DNA from: the human T2T-CHM13v2.0 reference genome, Homo sapiens
DNA: 64,000 nt
Strand: one strand, 5' to 3'
Assembly: GCF_009914755.1 (NCBI RefSeq)
Contig: NC_060930.1
The position numbers and the translations under genes were made by a program. Under the pieces are notes generated by a model, which saw nothing but the letters and a program-made list of their open reading frames with translations, was not told the DNA's origin and searched no databases. Below, piece after piece: positions 13,206 to 27,600 of this stretch (position 1 is its first letter; each line of letters begins with the position of its first letter).

Positions 13206-13399
13206 AAGGTGAAAGGACTAAGCCACATGGTTCTAGAAAAGAGGTTTTCAATAGTTCTGTTGATATTTGACCATCAATACCATAACTACCCAAAGGTATG
13301 ATGGACTTTACATGACACAGACTTCATTACTTCTATGATCACTTCAGAATTTTTAGCAAAAATTAACTGTTGTAATGAAAAAGAGAAAAAAGTCACTGT

Positions 13400-15010
13400 A
13401 TCAAGACTTACTATAAAGCTATCGTAATCATGGCAGTGTGGTATGGGGGTAAGAATAGAGAAATAGATCAATGGAACAGAATAGAATACCCAGAAATAGA
13501 TCCACATAAGTTTAATCAACTGTTCTTTAGCAAAATGCGAAGATAATATAATGGAAAAAGATAGTCTTTTCAACAAATGGTGCTGGAACAACTGAATATC
13601 CATATGCCAAAAAAAAAAAAAAAAGAGAGAAAGAATCTAGACACATCTTTCACAAAAATTAACTCAAAATGGATCATAGACCTAAATATAAAACACAAAA
13701 CCATAAAACTTCTACAAGAAAATATAGGAAAAATCCTAGATGACCTTAGGCATGATGATGACATCAGATAAAACATCAAAGCATGATCCATAAAAACATA
13801 ATTGATAAGCTGGGCTTATTAAAATTAAAAATTTCTGCTGTGCAAAAGACAGTATCAAGAGAATGAGAAGACAAGCTACGATTGGGATTAAATATTTGCA
13901 AGACATATCAGAAAAACAAATGTAATGCAAAATATACAAAGAACCGTAAAAATTCAACAAGAAAACAAGCAATCTGGCTGAAAATATGGGCCAAATTAAC
14001 AGACACTTCACCAAAGAAGACATACAAATGGCAAATAAGAATACGAAAAGATGCTCCATATCATATATCATTAGAGAAATGCGAATTAAAATACAGTGGC
14101 ATACTACTACACATCTATTAGAATGGCCCAAATCTGGAACACTGACAACAGCAGATGCTCATCAGAATATGTAGCAAAAGGAACTCTTGTTCATTGCTGG
14201 TGGGAATGCAAAATGGCATGTCCACTTTGCAAGAAAATTTGGCAGTTTCTTACAAAGCTAAACATACTCTTACCCTATGATCCAGCAATTACACTCCTTG
14301 GTATTTACCCAAAGGAATTGAAAACTTATGTTCACCCAAAAATATGCATGCAGATATTTATGGCAGCTTTATTCATGATTGCCAAAACTTAAAAGCAACC
14401 AAGATATCCTTCAGTAGGCAAATGGATAAATAAACTGTGGAACATCCAGAAAATGAAATATTAATTAGTGCTAAGAGAAATGACTGAGCAAGCCATGAAA
14501 AGACAGGGATGAAACTTAAATGCATTTGCTAAGTGAAAGAAGCCAGTCTGAAAGGGCTACATCCTGTATGATCCCAACTACATGACATTTCTTTAAAGGC
14601 AAAATTATGAAGATAGTAAAAAAGATCAGTGGTTGCCAGGGGTTGGGTGGTAGAGAAGAGGAATGAATAAGTGGAGCATAGAGGATTTTTAAGACAGTGA
14701 AAATACTCTGTATGGTACTATAACTGTAGACACATATCACTAAATATTTTTCTAAACCCAGAGAATGCACAACACCAAGAGTGAACCTTAATGTGACCTA
14801 TGGACTTTGTATGAAATGTGTCAATGTAGGTTCATCAGTTGCCACAGACATGCCCTCTGGTGGGGATGCTGATTATTGGGGAGGCAATGCATGTGTAGGA
14901 GTTGTGGGTATATAGGGAATCTCTATACCACCCTCTCAATTTTGCTGTGAACCTAAAGGTACCCTAAAAAATAAACTGTTAAAAACAACAAACAACAACA
15001 ACAACAAAAG
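13400..15010 (+). mobile_element. 5'-truncated L1 (L1MC1-like): ORF2 3' end, 3' UTR and A-rich tail
   Basis: ORF-track peptides [19 protein letters not shown] and YDPAITLLGIYPKELKTYVH match the L1 ORF2 C-terminus; ends ttttgctgtgaacctaaa...aataaa then (CAA)n. Confidence 0.92.
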
Positions 15011-15094
15011 TAAACATTATAGTAAAAACTATAGTCCTGATATTAAGAAGCTATATGACAAAGTGGAAAAAATAATGAATATTAGTGTAGTCTT

Positions 15095-15240
15095 TAGGGT
15101 TTACTCAGCACATTTCATTTAATTCTTCTGACAGTTCTCTGAGGTAGACCTTATTTCCGTTTCATAGATGGGGAAACTGATTCTCAAGGGCCACATAGAC
15201 TCTATATTCAAAGCCATGTATTCTTCTTTTATTTGTTGCT
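15095..15240 (-). mobile_element. MIR fragment
   Basis: MIR core ccgtttcatagatggggaaactga. Confidence 0.6.
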
Positions 15241-17479
15241 TCCTAAGTAAGTTTGAAATCAGTCAAGGCAAGTCTTGAAATATCTCCCTATTAGTAATTT
15301 AACAGTTGTTGAACATGGAGTGGCAGGAACTAGGCAAATCTCTCTCAGTGCTTCACTGAAGCATATCCCCTAATCTATGCTATTGTAATCTGACCAGTTG
15401 CTTGAACGAGAAATGGCACAGGTAAAATTGAATCCTTGAATCAAACTAAGTAAATTCAAAACTACTGCCAGTATCTAGCTTGTCTGAAATTTGTGTTCCA
15501 AATAACTGGCTCAAAAATTCGCAACAGAGGTTTATGATGGAATTAGTTCTTTAAAAAGAAGCCAGTCATAATCAACAAAATCATCCTCTGAATTTGGAAG
15601 AAATTATGATTTCTTAACTAAGGCTTCTTAGTTACTTTTCATGTTAGAGAAAAACATATCTTTTTTGGATCATGCTCAATAATGTGGCATGTACAATTCT
15701 ACTTTATTTTTATTATTATGATCAATTTCAGATCAAAATATCTTCCCTATCCTAAACCTTGGGATGAACAATTTCTAAGTACGTCGCTTGTAGTGTGACC
15801 TAGATAATGTGATGACAGCCCTTTGGAATGATGTCAAGACTGCTCCATGCGTGTGCCCTTTATGAGCAGGCATTGCAAAATGACAGATTGAATTACACAC
15901 AGAGTTTTTCTTAGTTTGCTATATACCCAAACATCTCCCAAACCCACTTCAAAACATGGATCAATCTGAGATGCTTCCTGCTTAATTATACAATTTGACC
16001 AACTGGGAAAGGCAGTAATCTTAGATCAAATCTCTGAATGAAGGAGACAAGGCAATAGTACTTGAGAAGTCAAGTAAGTCGAGCCATCATGTGCAGTAGA
16101 TATGAAGACAGCACTCAATGGCCATTATAAATACGGCATGCAATTCAGTCTTCCCTGTGTGCAGCATACAAGAGGTGTTGACTTGTGATTATCAAACATT
16201 TTAATGGCATATCCATAAAGAGCACTGTGGAACTTCTTCACTCTAGCGATGCCACTATTTCTACACAGTTTGGTTCTGAAAACTGTCATTTTAATCAAAG
16301 TTAACATTAATAGATTTTAATGATAAACATGTAATGCCTATATTCAAATGTATTTATCTGGCTTCTTATTGTTTGGACATGTAACATACATTCATGATTT
16401 TAAAAATATATTTTCTGTTGAAAGCAGTGTTATATTAGCATTTGTAAATAAATTTTTATGTCTGCCCAAGAATTTCTTTAGTGGAAATTTCTAGAATTAG
16501 AATGGCTGGGTGAAAGTGTTAGGCATTTGAAATGCATTGTCATAAAGAGTATATATTTAAAGTGCCTGATATTGTTTAGGATAGTCATTATCTTCCATAT
16601 TGGTTAAATTTGCCCAGTAAAGAAAATAATCCAGATTACCATCAATATTTAAGGGCAGAGTTATGGCCCAGACACTAATGTAAAAGACAGCTGACCTCCT
16701 TGAACTAACATTAGAAATGAAAATAAGACCTCTAGGATATTTCTTAAATCTTAGAGAGATCAGGATTAAGCATCATGCAGTGCTTCGTGAGGGAAACAAA
16801 CCTGGGTCAGTGTTGGAACAAGTCTCTGACAATATTAAGGCACCAATAAATATTTAACTTTAATGCTCATCTCAGTGCCAAATATTGCACCTGGAGGTAA
16901 TATCTGACTGGATTTGGACCAAAAGGATAAATGAATGAGCACTGGCTATGAACATTTGATTTACTTAAATAGTTCTTTTGGGTGGCTCTTCCAAATTCAT
17001 TCTATCCTGTAATTCTTGATTTTGAATTTTCAATCATTTTCTGTTTTCACCCTTCCACTTAGCATGTCTCATGGATTCCATTCCACCTCCTCATGCTCAG
17101 TGCTTTTTATCTTGCTTCCTTCTGCCTCTTTCCCTTCCTTTGCACGCCACACTAATGCTTTGCTTGAACACTAGTGATCCTTAAAACATATCGATGGCAT
17201 ATTACTTTTACCTTCTATTTTGTCTCTTTGTAAATATCCAAAAGGATGCTGACCTAAAATGAAATTCAGTTACTAAAACCATTAAAAAGAAAATGAAATA
17301 ATGGTTTTATATTTGGATTATTATCAAATTCTTCCTGCTTTCTGCTTCTCCTCTGTCTCTTCCAAAGTGAAGAGGGAAAGGAGTAAAGACATTGATCTTA
17401 ATAGAAACACAGCTCCAAGAAGACATGTTTTTATGTGATCACTCACATACTATTAAATTCTCATCTCATTGGATGACTC

Positions 17480-18430
17480 ACATTTAAAAAGTAGCTTTAT
17501 TGCTTTAAAACAGAGACATGCTCATTATTTTAAAAATTCAAACTATTAGAGAAGTATAAAGGTTAATGTAATAATAATCACATAGAATTTTTTCACCAAG
17601 AAATAACCACTGTTAATACACTGGTGAAAACTCTTCTAGATACCTCTTCATGCATGCACACATGCACACAGGTGCCTACACACCCAATGTTGTATAATTG
17701 GGATCACAATATTCAAACTGTCATACATGTATATATACACACACATACATACTTATAAATAATAATGTGTATATATTTATACAGATTTTGAATATTCATT
17801 CATGACAAAATATTTTACATGATCATTTTAACAGCTGCACAGCATTGCCTTGTTTATTTCACAATTTACTTAACATTCAAGAGAAAGAATATTTATTTTT
17901 TATATTTTCTTCCTCTCTCTCTGCCCTCCCTCTCTCCTTCACTCACTTTCTTCTCCCTTTCTTTTCTCCTTCTCTCTTCATTCCTGCGAGGAACCTACCG
18001 AAATGATCTCTAGAATGGGCATATTAATTGAAATTCTCGTCAATAAATCACGTGTCTGATTTTCTGTTCCCTTTTTAATACAGATTTTGATATTATTCAC
18101 CTTTGCCAATCTACTGGTATAGATATGGTTGCTTTTATTTGCATTTCTTTGATTATAAGAAAGAACATCTTTTTGTGATTGCTGACTATTTTAAAGTTTT
18201 TCCTTTGGGTAATTGCCTGCTCTTGTCCTATTACATGTTTAAAAATCCCATATAATTTGTTTGAACTCTTTAAATATTAAGGCTAATAATCCTTTGTCAT
18301 ATGTTTTACAAATGTCATTTCCCAGTATGCATTTTTATTTTAAAAATTTGTTGACTATGCTTTATTTTCCTCTTATAATGATGTTTTAAGTTTATAGGGT
18401 CAATTTATTAGTGTTTTTGCTTTATGCTTC
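17480..18430 (-). mobile_element. Highly decayed L1 (L1ME-like) fragments
   Basis: T-rich antisense L1 motifs (ttttatttgcatttctttgatt, ctttaaatattaaggctaataatcctttgtcat). Confidence 0.55.
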
Positions 18431-18473
18431 TGAGATTGTATGATCCGTCCTAAAAGATATTGCACATTGTACG

Positions 18474-18713
18474 ATTTTTTTTTTTTTTAGAGTCAGGGTC
18501 TCATTTTGTTGTCCAGGTTGGAGTGCAGTGGCGTGATTACAGCTCATTGTAGCCTCTAACTCCTCGGATCAAACATTCTCCCCCTTCAGCCTCTGAAGTA
18601 GTGAGAACTATAGGTGCATGGTGCTGTACCTGTCTGATTGTTAAATATTTCGTAGAGACAGTGATCTCACTATGTTGCCCAGGCTGGTCTCAATCTCCTG
18701 GGCTCAAGTGATC
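18474..18713 (-). mobile_element. AluJ-like, 5'-truncated
   Basis: polyT then gagtcagggtctc...ggagtgcagtggcgtg...cactatgttgcccaggctggtctcaatctcctgggctcaagtgatc. Confidence 0.9.
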
Positions 18714-19349
18714 GCTTATGACCCTAATGACTTTGAACAATGACTGGAAATAGTTTTAAACTCCATTTTGCCAAGTTTTCAAAATTATTAATTTGAAATT
18801 TTGAATGGGCATTTGAATACATCCCTAAAAAGTTTTAACTGAATTCAATATAAATTAATTTAGAAGTATTTATGTTTTTATAATGTAATATCTATTCAAG
18901 AGAACATTAATTCATTTATTTTTTACATTTTTTTCTGTTGTGTCCTTTAGTGGAATGTTACAGGCTTGCTAGTAATTTTGTCAATTTATTGAGATGATAT
19001 CTAGTTGCTTGTTTATTTCTTTGATAATCAATGAGAAAGAGCATTGTTGATATTATTGTGGATCATTTTCTTTTTTCTTTGTGGACTTGCTGGTTTATGT
19101 CCTTTTGAATTAAAAAATAATTTGTGAGAATTATTTGCATATTAAGGTTGGTAACTCATTGGTATATGCTTTGTAAATATTATTTTCCATTTTAATTTTT
19201 GTTTTTAAAATATGTTTACAATGCTTTTAGTTTCCCACTATATGGAAGTGCTTAATTTTATATAGTCAATTTATCAGTCTTTTTGTTTAGTGATTCTTGA
19301 TTCTTATGACAAAAGAACATTAAGTTTATTCTGTATGGTGAGACCTTTG

Positions 19350-20195
19350 AATTTCAGCCATCCTAGTGGATATGTAGTGGTATTTTATTGTGACTTTAAT
19401 TTACAAGTCTCTAATGAATAATAATGTTAAGCATCTGTTTATATGTTTATTCCCATCTGCATACCTTCTTGGTGAAGAGTGTGTTCAAATATTTTGCTCA
19501 ATTTTTACTGGGTTGTTTGTCTTCTTATGATTGTGTTGTACAGCATTATTATACATTCTAGGTTACTAGCCTCTTTGATGGGTATGTATTTTGCAAATTT
19601 TTTTCTCAGTCTGTGCCTTGCCTTTTCATTTTCATTGTATTATTATTTGAAGAACAAAAGACTTTAAACTCAATTTATCAGTTTTTTTCTTCCATGGATT
19701 GTGATTTTTGGTGTACTACTTTAAAAAAATCTTTGCCGAGCTGAAGGTCTCTAATACTGTCTATGTTTTATTCTATATGTTTTATAGCTTTAGCTCTTGC
19801 ATTTGGTTCTAAGTTCTTATTTGAGTTAATTTTAAATATTTTGAGACTTAAGAACGAAATTTCATTTCATTTTTGCACATAGCTATCTAATTAATTGTTC
19901 TAGCACCATTTGCTGAGAAGATTATCCTTTCCCGTGTTACATGTTCTTGACATGTTGTCAAAAATCAATTGACCATTTGTATGTGGATCTATTTCTGGGT
20001 TCTATTGATCTTTGTGTCTATGTTTACACCAACACCATACTGTCTGGATTACTGTAGCTTTTATAGTACGTCTTGAAATTAGGTAGTGTAAGTCTTCTAG
20101 CTTTGTTCATCTTCTTAAAAATTATTCTAAGACCTTTGCATTGCCATATAAATTTTAGAATCAGCATGTCTGTTTCTCTAAAAAGTCCTGCTAGA
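19350..20195 (-). mobile_element. Old L1 ORF2 3' region
   Basis: agcaccatttgctgagaagattatcc, gtggatctatttctggg, tactgtagctttt...ttgaaattaggtagtgtaagtcttc. Confidence 0.8.
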
Positions 20196-21805
<1,610 letters not shown>

Positions 21806-21829
21806 TCAAGACCTACATTTTGACATGAA

Positions 21830-22290
21830 TTCTTTGACACCAAGGGGTTGTCCTACAGTTCAATCCAATTCTGTCCTACAGTTCAATCCAATTCAGTTCA
21901 ATCCAATTACATTGCTATGTAATGTAATGTCACACTGTGGCTACACATGAGGTCCACAGGCTACCTGAACTTCTTCCTGACTTGGCTACAAATTCAGGGA
22001 CTCCCATACCTCCAACCCCCCTCATTCCCAGGATCGATAATTAGGTAGAAAGACAAAACTCAAGATACTGCTATACTTACTATTACAGTTTTATTAAAAG
22101 GGCTACAACTCAGAAATAGCCAAACAGAAGAGACACATAGGGCAAGATTGTGAGGTGGGTGGTGCAGAGCTTCCATGCCCTTTCCTCAGGGAATCAGATG
22201 CGTCATCTTGCCAGCATATCAATTTGTTAACCAGGAAGCACTCTAGAGCCTTAGTATCCAAGAATTTTCATCAAGGTTTCATTGCTTAGT
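21830..22290 (-). mobile_element. MER21-like LTR fragment with an internal tandem duplication (tgtcctacagttcaatccaattc x2)
   Basis: gacaccaaggggttgtcctacagttcaat, ggctacaaattcaggg, caactcagaaatagccaaa, gcagagcttccatgccc. Confidence 0.65.
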
Positions 22291-22291
22291 T

Positions 22292-22656
22292 TGTATCTTA
22301 GGTAGCTAGGGCTGCTATAACAACATGCTGTGGACTGGGTGGCTTAAGCAACATACATTACTTTCTGACAGTTCTGGGGGCTGGAACATCTAAGATCAAT
22401 GCGCTAGCAGATTTGGTTTCTTGTGAGAACTCTTTCTTGGCTTTTTGACAGCTGCGTTCTTGCTAGGTGTACCTATTCTACTTTACCTTTCACATGACCT
22501 TTCCAGGTATGTGTGCCTGGAGAGAGGGAAAAATTTATGTTTTTTGTTTTTTCTCATAGGGATACTAATCACATCATAAAGGCCCCACTGTTATGATATG
22601 ATCTAAAGCTAATCACTTCCCAAAGGCACCACCCCTAAACACCATTTCATTGGGGT
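22292..22656 (-). mobile_element. MaLR LTR (MLT1A/B-like), truncated
   Basis: agggctgctataacaaca...gactgggtggcttaagcaaca...cagttctgggggctggaa...taatcacttcccaaagg. Confidence 0.82.
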
Positions 22657-23769
22657 AACCAATAAATATATCCCATACATTAAATGAGGTAGAGGAAAGC
22701 ATAAGTGCTCTATGTAAAATTGTGAAAAATATAAAAAAGAAACAAAACAAACTTCTAAAAATGAAAAAACACAATGTTTGAGATGACATGATCATCGTTT
22801 AGTAATGATTCATCAGTTATTATTTTAGTGTACTGCTAGATTTAACCTGCTAATATTTTATTTACATTGCTTTTGCATCAATCTATGAATAGGATAGGTC
22901 TTTGTCAAACGCTTGATGTATACATACATAAAAATTTCATACACAGTACTTTATTGTTAGATAAATTAGCACTCTTCATTCTGTTTCTCTCCCCACCCCA
23001 GACCACTGTATTTCAGGCACTGTGTTGAGCAAGAGGCATTCAAAAACAAATACCCTGGTTTCTCTCTGGGAGGAAAACACAGTCTGGTAGGAGAGAGAAA
23101 AAAGGAAATACATATTTACAAAATCATGTGAAAGTGCAGTAATAAAGGCCTATTCCAGGTGATCTGGGAGTACAGGGAAGGATGTTTTTGGCACAGAAGT
23201 TGTTCAATCAATATTTGTTGAACTGAATTCACCTTGTTTAGAAGAGGATTTTTAGGAGAAATTTCACAGAGCTGTTGACTTTTGATATTATTGATAAATA
23301 AAGAAATAGAAGCCAAGTTTTCTCCTCTGAGAAAAGTGAACTACTTGGAGAAATAGGAGGTAGAGGTACCTGATTTTAATATATCTTTCTTTATTGTAAG
23401 CAGTATCTGCAATTTCAAATAGACTGATTGTTTTTCTTTCATGAATTTGTCATGAGTCATAGTTAAGCGTCTGAATTGTCTCCCAACCCTTTACTAAAAT
23501 CAACTACACATGGCTATTCTATGAGTTCAGCAGAATATTTTGGAAAATCGTTTAGTCTTTAAGTAATTTGAATGCCAGAGAAATTTAGCTTCAAGATTCT
23601 TCTTACCCATTGATTATTGGAAATGATTTAGATTGAAAGAAAGGATTCGCATGTTCTTGATATCATATGCTCATATTTCCTAGGATGTCAGCCTTTATTT
23701 CTACTTTACCTATTTCTTTTATTCTTTTTTTCACTGGTCATATTTCACAGGGCAGGAAGGGGGAGAAAA

Positions 23770-23980
23770 GACTGAACATGTCTTGATGTCTGTCTTGTGC
23801 TGTACATTGCCGGGCAGGTCACAGCATCCCTATGAAGGACGTATTCTTGTTATCCTTATTTTCTTAGCTACATAGAGGCTTTGGGTAGCTTACCCATGGT
23901 CATATGACTTAGTTTTGATAAAGCTGGACTTCTAATGCACATGTGTCAGAGTCCAAAGGCTACAGCCTTCCTACTATACC
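23770..23980 (-). mobile_element. MIR fragment
   Basis: cacagcatccctatgaagg...cttacccatggtcatatgacttag...tcagagtccaaag. Confidence 0.55.
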
Positions 23981-24069
23981 ATAGAAAGAATTTTTTCAGA
24001 CTGAAATATGCATTTCCATACATTTGTGACATACTTAGGCTTTTTAAAATCCATGCAGGTCTAACAACT

Positions 24070-24260
24070 ATTTAGCTGAAATGTAAGACTCACTTGAGGG
24101 AGTTTGATAGAAATGCATATTACAAGACTTCATCCTCAGAGACTCTGATTCAGTTAATCATCTGTGATGCCCTGAAATCTGCATTTTTAAGAAATTCTCC
24201 TAAAAATCCTCTTCTAAAGTTCCTCAGTTGATTCTGATATCAGGCCAGCTTTAGAAATGA
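24070..24260. mobile_element. MER5-family hAT DNA transposon
   Basis: cctcagagactctgattcagt...aatctgcatttttaagaaattctcc...tgattctgat. Confidence 0.6.
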
Positions 24261-24509
24261 GAAATTTATGCCACTGCCCCCCGTGGCTGAAATTACACTG
24301 TGAATCTGAATTCATTAGTGCCTTGCAGCATGATTGCTGCCCTGAGAATGATCTATAGAGTTCATCCATGTGAAGCACTGAAATAGAGAAGGTAAATGTC
24401 TCTATGAAGGAAAATGTTGACTACTTATGGCACTTGAGGATCTTTGTGGGAGAACGCAATGTAAAGGTGTTATTCCATAGTTGGGACTCCTGTTCACCAT
24501 CTTCTAGGA

Positions 24510-24664
24510 CAGGGCTCTCAACCCAGGCTGCACATTAGAATGACAACGCCTGGGCCCCAACCCAGTTCAATTAAATTGGAATCACCGCAGTGGGGCCTGA
24601 ACAGCAATAGATTTTAAAGCACTCCAAATGATTCTAATGTACAGTCAGGGCTGAGGACACTCTT
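24510..24664. mobile_element. MER5A1-like hAT MITE
   Basis: cagggctctcaacccaggctgcacattagaat...tgattctaatgtacagtcagggctgagga (imperfect terminal inverted repeats). Confidence 0.75.
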
Positions 24665-27600
24665 CTCTCAAGTAGGGTAAAGTGAGTAAGTACGAACTCT
24701 TTTCTCTGCTGGAAATTGGAAAAATTCCTACTTAAAAATGCTGACTACTTTCTTCTATTTATTTATATTATTGAAATTTTCAGTATTAAAGGAGTCAAGG
24801 ATAAAAGAATGACCAATAAAGTAATATGTTTGACCTGAGCATTTATTCTATCAACTTTACTCATCTGCAATGAACACAAAACCATTCCCATACTTTTATA
24901 CGTTCTGAGATATGTCTTAGGTTTTTTAAAAGGCAGATTATAGGTAATCTAGAAGTAATTTGAATGGCTCTATAAGGAAAATGAAGTTTATATCTGCCAA
25001 TTTAGGCTTAAATTGATCAACTCAGTATTCCCCTACTTGTGTATTCAACAAATAGCTCATGCCAACCATGAGATAGACACCACTGGGTCTTGGGAATGAC
25101 TGGACACACTGTACAGTTCCTGCCTTCATTGCTATCTGATGGAACAGACAGAGACCAATGAGATAAATGTCACAGGAAGGTAACTAGAGGATGTTATGAG
25201 AAAACTCGGGAGGAGAACCTCACATGAAGACATTTCAGAAATCTCCAAAAATCTATTATCGTGCATCTTCTGTGCAAAGGCTAGAGAAGGAAGAGAAAAA
25301 TAAAGTGAGCATTTCTCTGTGACAAAGGAATAACACACACACACACACACACAGATACAAATACAACTCTCAATGTATGTGTGTGTACATTCTTGAAAAG
25401 TGTCCTGATAATTAATTTCTCTTTGCTGTGGTAGGAATCTTTGTAATGATTTTTAGAAACTATTTTTCGTCTACCTGTACCACGGTTTAATATGATACGA
25501 TTATCATTATTCCTTGTATACAGATAAGGCAAATAAGATGCTAAAATTTGCACTTATTTTCCTTTCTTTCTCCCCCTTAATCATCTCAAGGGTTGGCAGG
25601 TTGGAACTAGAATTCTCATTCTCTGAGTTTCAGAGTTGGGACAAAGCTCACTGTGTTACCTTGACTCACAAAATGCAGTGTTAGGGCCCCATTATTATGT
25701 GAATAAATGTCATATGTTTATTTTTATGGTGTGTTCTCTTTTATTTCACACCTGCTGACTATCTATACATCAAAGATACATTGGATCACTTATATTTTAA
25801 GTGATATTTGAAGATAGCTATACTAAATGATATTTTCTAAGCATTCCAAGTATCCTTCCTTTTCTTTCCAAGTAAAGCAATTGCCCTTTGTAACACAAAA
25901 TTCTCATTAATAACCATTGAAATGTCATTTTTTCTCTAATTATTTTTCTTGGAATTTTGAGTTCTGCTTATTGACTTAAATTTTTTTTAATGCCCTGAAG
26001 ATTTCCCTTTATAATAAAAAAAGAAGACCACATAACAAGGATGGCATTGTCTCTATGAATACCTGTGGCAAAAGAATAAAGTCAGTGTCAGGATTATCAT
26101 TCTTGCCAATATCCTTTCAGTTATATTTTGTAGGATAAATTGAGAATGAAGGACAAACAAAGGCTGGAAGTCATAAGCACATGTATTCCTTTTTGGCTGA
26201 AGATATTTCAAACTAACTAGAGCAGAATTTTATCCTAAAAAAAGGTTTTTCTGATAATCTCTTTGGGCAAAGATAACCTACCAAATGATACCAAAAAGCT
26301 TTTTATACTAGATGGGAGTGGAGTTCTCACCAACGCAAAATGAAAGAAAGTATTTTCTCTGAAAAGGCCTTCATATACATACTCTTTGGAAATCTATTTG
26401 GGTATCCAGATAAATCTGTATTAATTTTCTTTCTCTTTTTATCAATAAAGATATCATTACAAATTAAACGGGGAAATTCTATGGGGGGAATATTTTGTTG
26501 AGTTATAAAAAGTAAAGCCTCTCCTACTCTTCTGATAGGTTTGAGGTAGATGCTTCTAAAATAAAGCATTTTGAACACACACAAGATGCTTAATTGGTTT
26601 TGTTACATTGACTTTAAGGATAAAAGGATATTTATTGGACTGTGTTAAAGAGGAAATAACTGTTAGAAATGTTTGCACCTCCATCCAAAATTATATTTTC
26701 AAAAATTATTCGACCCCCAATCATGTTTGTTTGTTAAAAATTTATCAAATCAATTTGTCTGCTGGCTTAAATCTCCACACATCTTTTACTTTCACAGCAC
26801 GATTTTAAAAAAAGTACAAAGGGATTTTTTTGTGATGCTGCAATTATGAAATGTTCTACGGTAAGGAGTTATCGATTGTGGTGAGTCATACAGGGACCAC
26901 TAGGTTATGACTCTTTTCCAGCCTTCCTTGAGATTTCCTTTGATCTGTCCTCATTTAATGGAATGATACCATCTCAGCATGGACACTGCAGACCGACAGA
27001 GGTGGCTACCTTTCCAACCTCTCTGCCTGATTCACACCCTGAAGGGGAACAGAAATGTTGTATAAATAGATTGAACCTCAGAGTTTGCTCTGAGAGAGCA
27101 AAAGTTTACAATTGTCACAGCAAAATGAAAAAGTATGAGAGATAGTGAATGCTGGGTGCTTGGAGGTAAGTGCCACCGCCCCCAGTCTAATGGGTAATAG
27201 AGTCATTAATTCTGCTGATTAACTTGGCCTTGGGGTTCATGGAAATGACATTCATCTCTTTTTTTTGTTATAAGCGCACACTGTGGAACGAGGAAGCATA
27301 AAAAAACAAGCTAATTAGGGAGAAATCAGGAGAAAAGAAGCAGAGAGAAAAGAAAGACAGTTTGAGCATTAATGAGACTTGTTTGGGGAGAGACTGTGAC
27401 AGGCTCTTCAAAAGTATTATTGTCAAATGTGTCACTGTTTCATAGATGGCTAGAGCTACCTTTGAGCTTCATGCTGATAGTTAATGATTTGAAACTATAA
27501 AAAGATTGAAAAGGTAAAAGGGAAAACGTCAGACTCAACTGGATTTTAATGAGCTTATTATTATTTTTTCCTAAGAAAAACAGTGCTGGAAAGTAGAGAA

